This document shows, in pieces, positions 60,401 to 64,000 of a DNA stretch of 64,000 bases. Source of the DNA: the human T2T-CHM13v2.0 reference genome, Homo sapiens; assembly GCF_009914755.1 (NCBI RefSeq), contig NC_060929.1. One strand, given 5' to 3'. How positions within the stretch are numbered: position 1 is the first letter of the stretch; each line of letters opens with the position of its first letter. The translations under genes were made by a program, and so were the position numbers. The notes under the pieces are model-generated. The model was not told where the DNA came from and ran no database searches. It saw only the letters and a program-made list of their open reading frames with translations.

Positions 60401-60960
60401 ACTTTTTCTATTTAAGGATAGCAACAACAGCTTTCCTTAACAACAGGTTAGTGTTGGCATGATAAATACATGTTCATCATATTACTTTCAACCTCTTTGT
60501 ATCTTTATATTTACAGTGTTTCATGTAAATGACATATGATTACATATTGCTTTTCTATCCAGACTGAAAATGTCTGCTTTTTAATGAGTGTTTAGTTTAG
60601 CTACATGTAATACAAATTATTGATATGCATGACTTCAAGTCTAATATATTGCTATTTAATTTTGACTTGTGTCATGTTTGTACATCTACTGTTCTCCCCC
60701 TTATTAATTTAGATGAATCCAAAAATTTTTATTTTATTTTATCTCCTCATGTCTTTGTATTTGTATTTCATGCACGTGTATTTGTGTATTTGTGCTTTGT
60801 GTTTCCTTTAGGTTAGGTAATATTGTTGTTTACCTTTGAATATTCTGTGTTTAAAATAGTGTGCTGTTCCACAAAAATTTAAGTGTTCTGTTATTATTTG
60901 CTTTCAGAGAAATACCTTCCAATTTCTTTTTTTTTTTCCTTTGGAATATTTTTACTTCCA
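57417..60960 (-). mobile_element. Old L1M (MC/ME-type) ORF2-region remnant
   Basis: T-rich; ORF 58463..58666 IPYLWIKRFNVTNISILKLIYEFSEISIKI resembles ORF2p; TTTATCAGGTTGAGGAAGT. Confidence 0.75.
58629..58944 (-). mobile_element. MLT1A-like solo LTR nested in L1M
   Basis: TG...CA termini, perfect TSD AATCT at 58624-58628 and 58945-58949. Confidence 0.88.
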
Positions 60961-60979
60961 CATGTGCTATAAAACCTCT

Positions 60980-61285
60980 TATTATGAACTGCCCCCAAAC
61001 ACACAATTTATATGCTGAAACGCTAGCCTAAATGTGACTGTATTTGCAAATGATAAGGCCATTAAAGAGATAATTAGGTTAAATGAAGCTATAAGAATTG
61101 GTCCTTAATTCAATGTGATTGTGTCCTTATAAGAAGGTGAAGAAACACCTAGAATGGTCACTTCCAGAGAAATGACCACGTGAGGGCACTCAGAAGACAA
61201 CCATCTTGCAGGCCAAGGAGAAAATCCTCAGAAGTTAAATCTGCCAACATCTTGATCTTAGCCTTCTAATAAGCTACAAAATGTT
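60980..61285 (+). mobile_element. MLT1B-like LTR, 3'-truncated
   Basis: AATGTGACTGTATTTG...GTGTCCTTATAAGAAG...GCCAAGGAGA...CTGCCAACATCTTGATCTT. Confidence 0.8.
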
Positions 61286-61600
61286 ATTCTTAAATAAAAA
61301 TACCTCTTAGATGCAGCTGTCAGATAAATATTTGAGTATATCTTGACATTGCAGAACAAAATTGAGTACATTGTGACATTAAGACATCGATATGGGGAAA
61401 AGATTCCATTGCAGACTTTTACTTGTATCTCAGGTAAAAACATAATTATGTTTTAGCCTAACTTGCAATGTCGAATTTTTAAAATTTATTGCCATCTTTT
61501 AAACATGAGACAGCTGACTTTTTAATAAACCACTAGTGTCTGGAAAGGCAATGGATACTTTTTTCAATGAATGATGCTAATTTGCACCATATCTAAATTG

Positions 61601-61814
61601 ATATTAGACAGATCAACAAGACAGAAAATTAACAAGGATATCCAGGACTTGAACTCAGCTCTGGACCAAGCGGACCTAACAGACATCTACAGAACTCTCC
61701 ACCCCAAATCAACAGAATATACATTCTTCTCAGCACCACATCACATTATTCTAAAATTGACCACATAATTGGAATTAAAACACTCCTCAGCAAATGCAAA
61801 GGAACAAAAAGCAT
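61601..61814 (+). mobile_element. Isolated L1PA ORF2 endonuclease fragment (about 210 bp)
   Basis: [47 protein letters not shown]; no poly-A, no visible TSD. Confidence 0.92.
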
Positions 61815-63087
61815 AGTTATAGAGTTTTTATAACATGACTTGTATTGACTAATTCGTATTTGAAAATATATATTTTTTCTCACTGAGCAGCCTTTTGGAA
61901 ATAAGTAAATTGAGTTTCAGAAATACATCTCCAGTTATATTTTACTTTTGTAATTTGTATTAATTTTTTAAAATTCTCCAATAAGGAGAAAGTAAAACAA
62001 GACTTGAACCAATATCTAGTGAAATTGAGATTTTATTACTCTATTTTGATGTGCATACCTACTTATAAGCATTTTACTCTACAATTTTTTCACTTCTTTT
62101 GTTAAAATGAATGCTATGGGAGTTACTTAAAATATTTGTGTCTTTAGAGTCTCTGATCACAGTATTGTGTAAACCTGCTTCTTCCAGGGTGAATGTTTCC
62201 TCTTGCAATTCAAGTAAAATAAGACCTGGTGCCAGGGAAAAGGAAGAGTTTTTTGAGACCCTTGGCAATTTCCAATGAAGTTTTTGATGTTCTTTACCCA
62301 AAACTTGTGGGATGCAGCCCAAGCAAGGCTTAGAGAAATGTATACCTATAAGTGCCTATGAGAAGTATTTGCTTTCTGGATGATCCCTTTCCAGTTGGCT
62401 AGCCAGATCTGTAATGCAGTGATGGGTTCCAGATTGCTTAGTGGGACAACAGACAGATCATTTTTATTCTCATCTTCACTACTCTTTGCTTTAAAGATAT
62501 TTTCCACGTGGCACTTCCCAGTCTGTGATTTCTTCCTAAGAAGGACTGGAATACAGGCTTCATAGACAAACACACTTCATTATTTTTTTATCTTCAACTT
62601 TAGCATCCACATTCTCTTTATCAAAAATTCTCCCGTAGTTTTAAAAAGTAAATCTCTATTATAATAGATTTCAGAAATTTCTAACTTGCAACATCAGAAT
62701 AATGTCTGAAGTCATTAGTGATTGATAATTCATCTTCTTATAATTTTATACTGACATTTACCAATCATGTTATGTGAGTGACAAGCAGCTAGCACCCATC
62801 TTCTGAGCTTCCTCTAAAGGCCATTTATAAAATATTCACAACTCATTTTTTGATTATCACTTATAGGTTGGCTGTCAGATCCTGTTTTCCAAGCCCATTC
62901 TTTTTTGATTCTTTCAAAAGCATCTACTTCTTTCATTCTTGTTTGCCTCACGCTGGATATCATGGTCTCATTAATTTCTTCAGGGGCCGTGGAGCCCTGC
63001 CACAGCTTTCAATGGGCTTGGCATTGATCCAAGGCCAATTCACAGGATCCCTTAGACATGGAGCACTACTGTCCTGAAACCAGCCCC
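61815..63087 (-). pseudogene. UBXN2A: Processed pseudogene of UBXN2A (SEP + UBX domain p97 cofactor); CDS remnant about 62936 down to 62130, with probable UTR remnants on both sides
   Basis: ATG at 62936 gives MKEVDAFERIKKEWAWKTGSDSQP (parent MKDVDNLKSIKEEWVCETGSDNQP); KAKSSEDENKNDLSVVPLSNLEPITALQIWLANWKGIIQK (parent KAKNIEVENKNNLSAVPLNNLEPITNIQIWLANGKRIVQK); FSLA...TLEEAGLHNTVI; intronless, with stops and frameshifts. Symbol names the parent gene; UTR limits are from recall and the 3'UTR may reach about 61300. Confidence 0.9.
62298..62354 (+). mobile_element. 57-bp L1 ORF2 fragment inside the pseudogene
   Basis: CAAAACTTGTGGGATGCAGCCCAAGCAAGGCTTAGAGAAATGTATA resembles the L1 QNLWDAAKAVLRGKFI coding region. 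Confidence 0.75.
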
Positions 63088-63089
63088 TT

Positions 63090-64000
63090 TGTTTTCAATT
63101 TAGAACATGTAGTGATATGTTTGCATTAAACACAGGAATTTTTAGAAGTTCTTTGTATTTAGTAAATAATATATTCTATTTTTATTTTTCTGTTTAAAAA
63201 TATAAAACTTTCTTTAGCATTTGCTTTACTTTAGCATTTACTACAAGACTGTAGTATAATACAATTTTGTTAGAGATGATTTCAGATTTTTTCTGTCATA
63301 TCTATATTTTGTATCTTTTTATATAGATCGATATAAAATTTTTATTCTTATTTTTGAAATATATTTACACAGAAAATATATTTCTAGTTTTACTTTTTCT
63401 TTAGGTTTCTAAAGACAATTTTATTTTCTTCTGGTTTCCATTGTTTCTGTGAGAATTCAGCAATTATTCTTACCATCAATCTATACCATATCTTAATTTT
63501 CTCTAGCTGGCTTCAAATTTTTCTATTTTTTAGTTTTCATTGGTTTGATTATGCTATACCTGGCTGTGTTTTTCTTTTTTTTTTTTTTTATCACACTTCA
63601 AGTACTCCAAATTTTTTTGAATTTATATCTATTTGCTTGTTCATTTTCAAATATTTGTAAACTTTTTGACCCTTATCTCTTCAAATATTTATTGTGACCC
63701 ATTTTCTGTTTCTTTCCTCTCTTCCTGGGTCTCCAATACTTGTATATTTGAATGTTTTAATATAGTTCCATGAATTTAAAATAATCCATTTCCTTTATTT
63801 CCACTCTTGTGCTCCAGGTAAGATACTTAATAGTACAAGTTGACTAATTCTTCAAGTTAACTAGTTCAAGTTCACTAATTATTTCCACTGCTGTAACTAT
63901 TTTGGCCATAGATATAGTTCACTGATTCTTCAGGTTTACTAATTCTTTCCACTGCTGTATCTATTCTGGCTGTAAGCCAATCTTAGTGATTCCTCATCTA
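63090..64000 (-). mobile_element. Old L1M ORF1/5' region remnant
   Basis: CTGGTTTCCATTGTTTCTG.GAGAATTCAGC...TTCTCTAGCTGGCTTCAA...TTATCTCTTCAAATATT. Confidence 0.65.

Overview
Human/great-ape type genomic DNA: AT-rich, CpG-depleted, with primate Alu, L1PA, THE1/MST and HERV-L elements. I see no intact protein-coding gene, rRNA, tRNA or CRISPR array. Almost every ORF in the track is a by-product of a repeat or of low-complexity sequence. Recognisable content: (1) a decayed processed pseudogene of UBXN2A on the minus strand (about 61.8-63.1 kb) carrying captured L1 fragments; (2) a 3'-truncated HERV-L (MLT2A LTR, gag, protease, RT, RNase H); (3) an L1PA with a large ORF2 deletion and a templated junction; (4) two 5'-inverted L1s; (5) a Tigger1 with three nested insertions; (6) a cluster of four truncated LTR elements at 26-33.5 kb; (7) many solo LTRs, Alus, MIRs and microsatellites. 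The most anomalous stretch is about 350 bp at 2237-2583. It has near-equal base composition and only weak CpG depletion, is bounded by an ACATT direct repeat, and matches no repeat I recognise. Family and subfamily names come from recalled consensus sequences, not from a database run. Boundaries of old elements are approximate.
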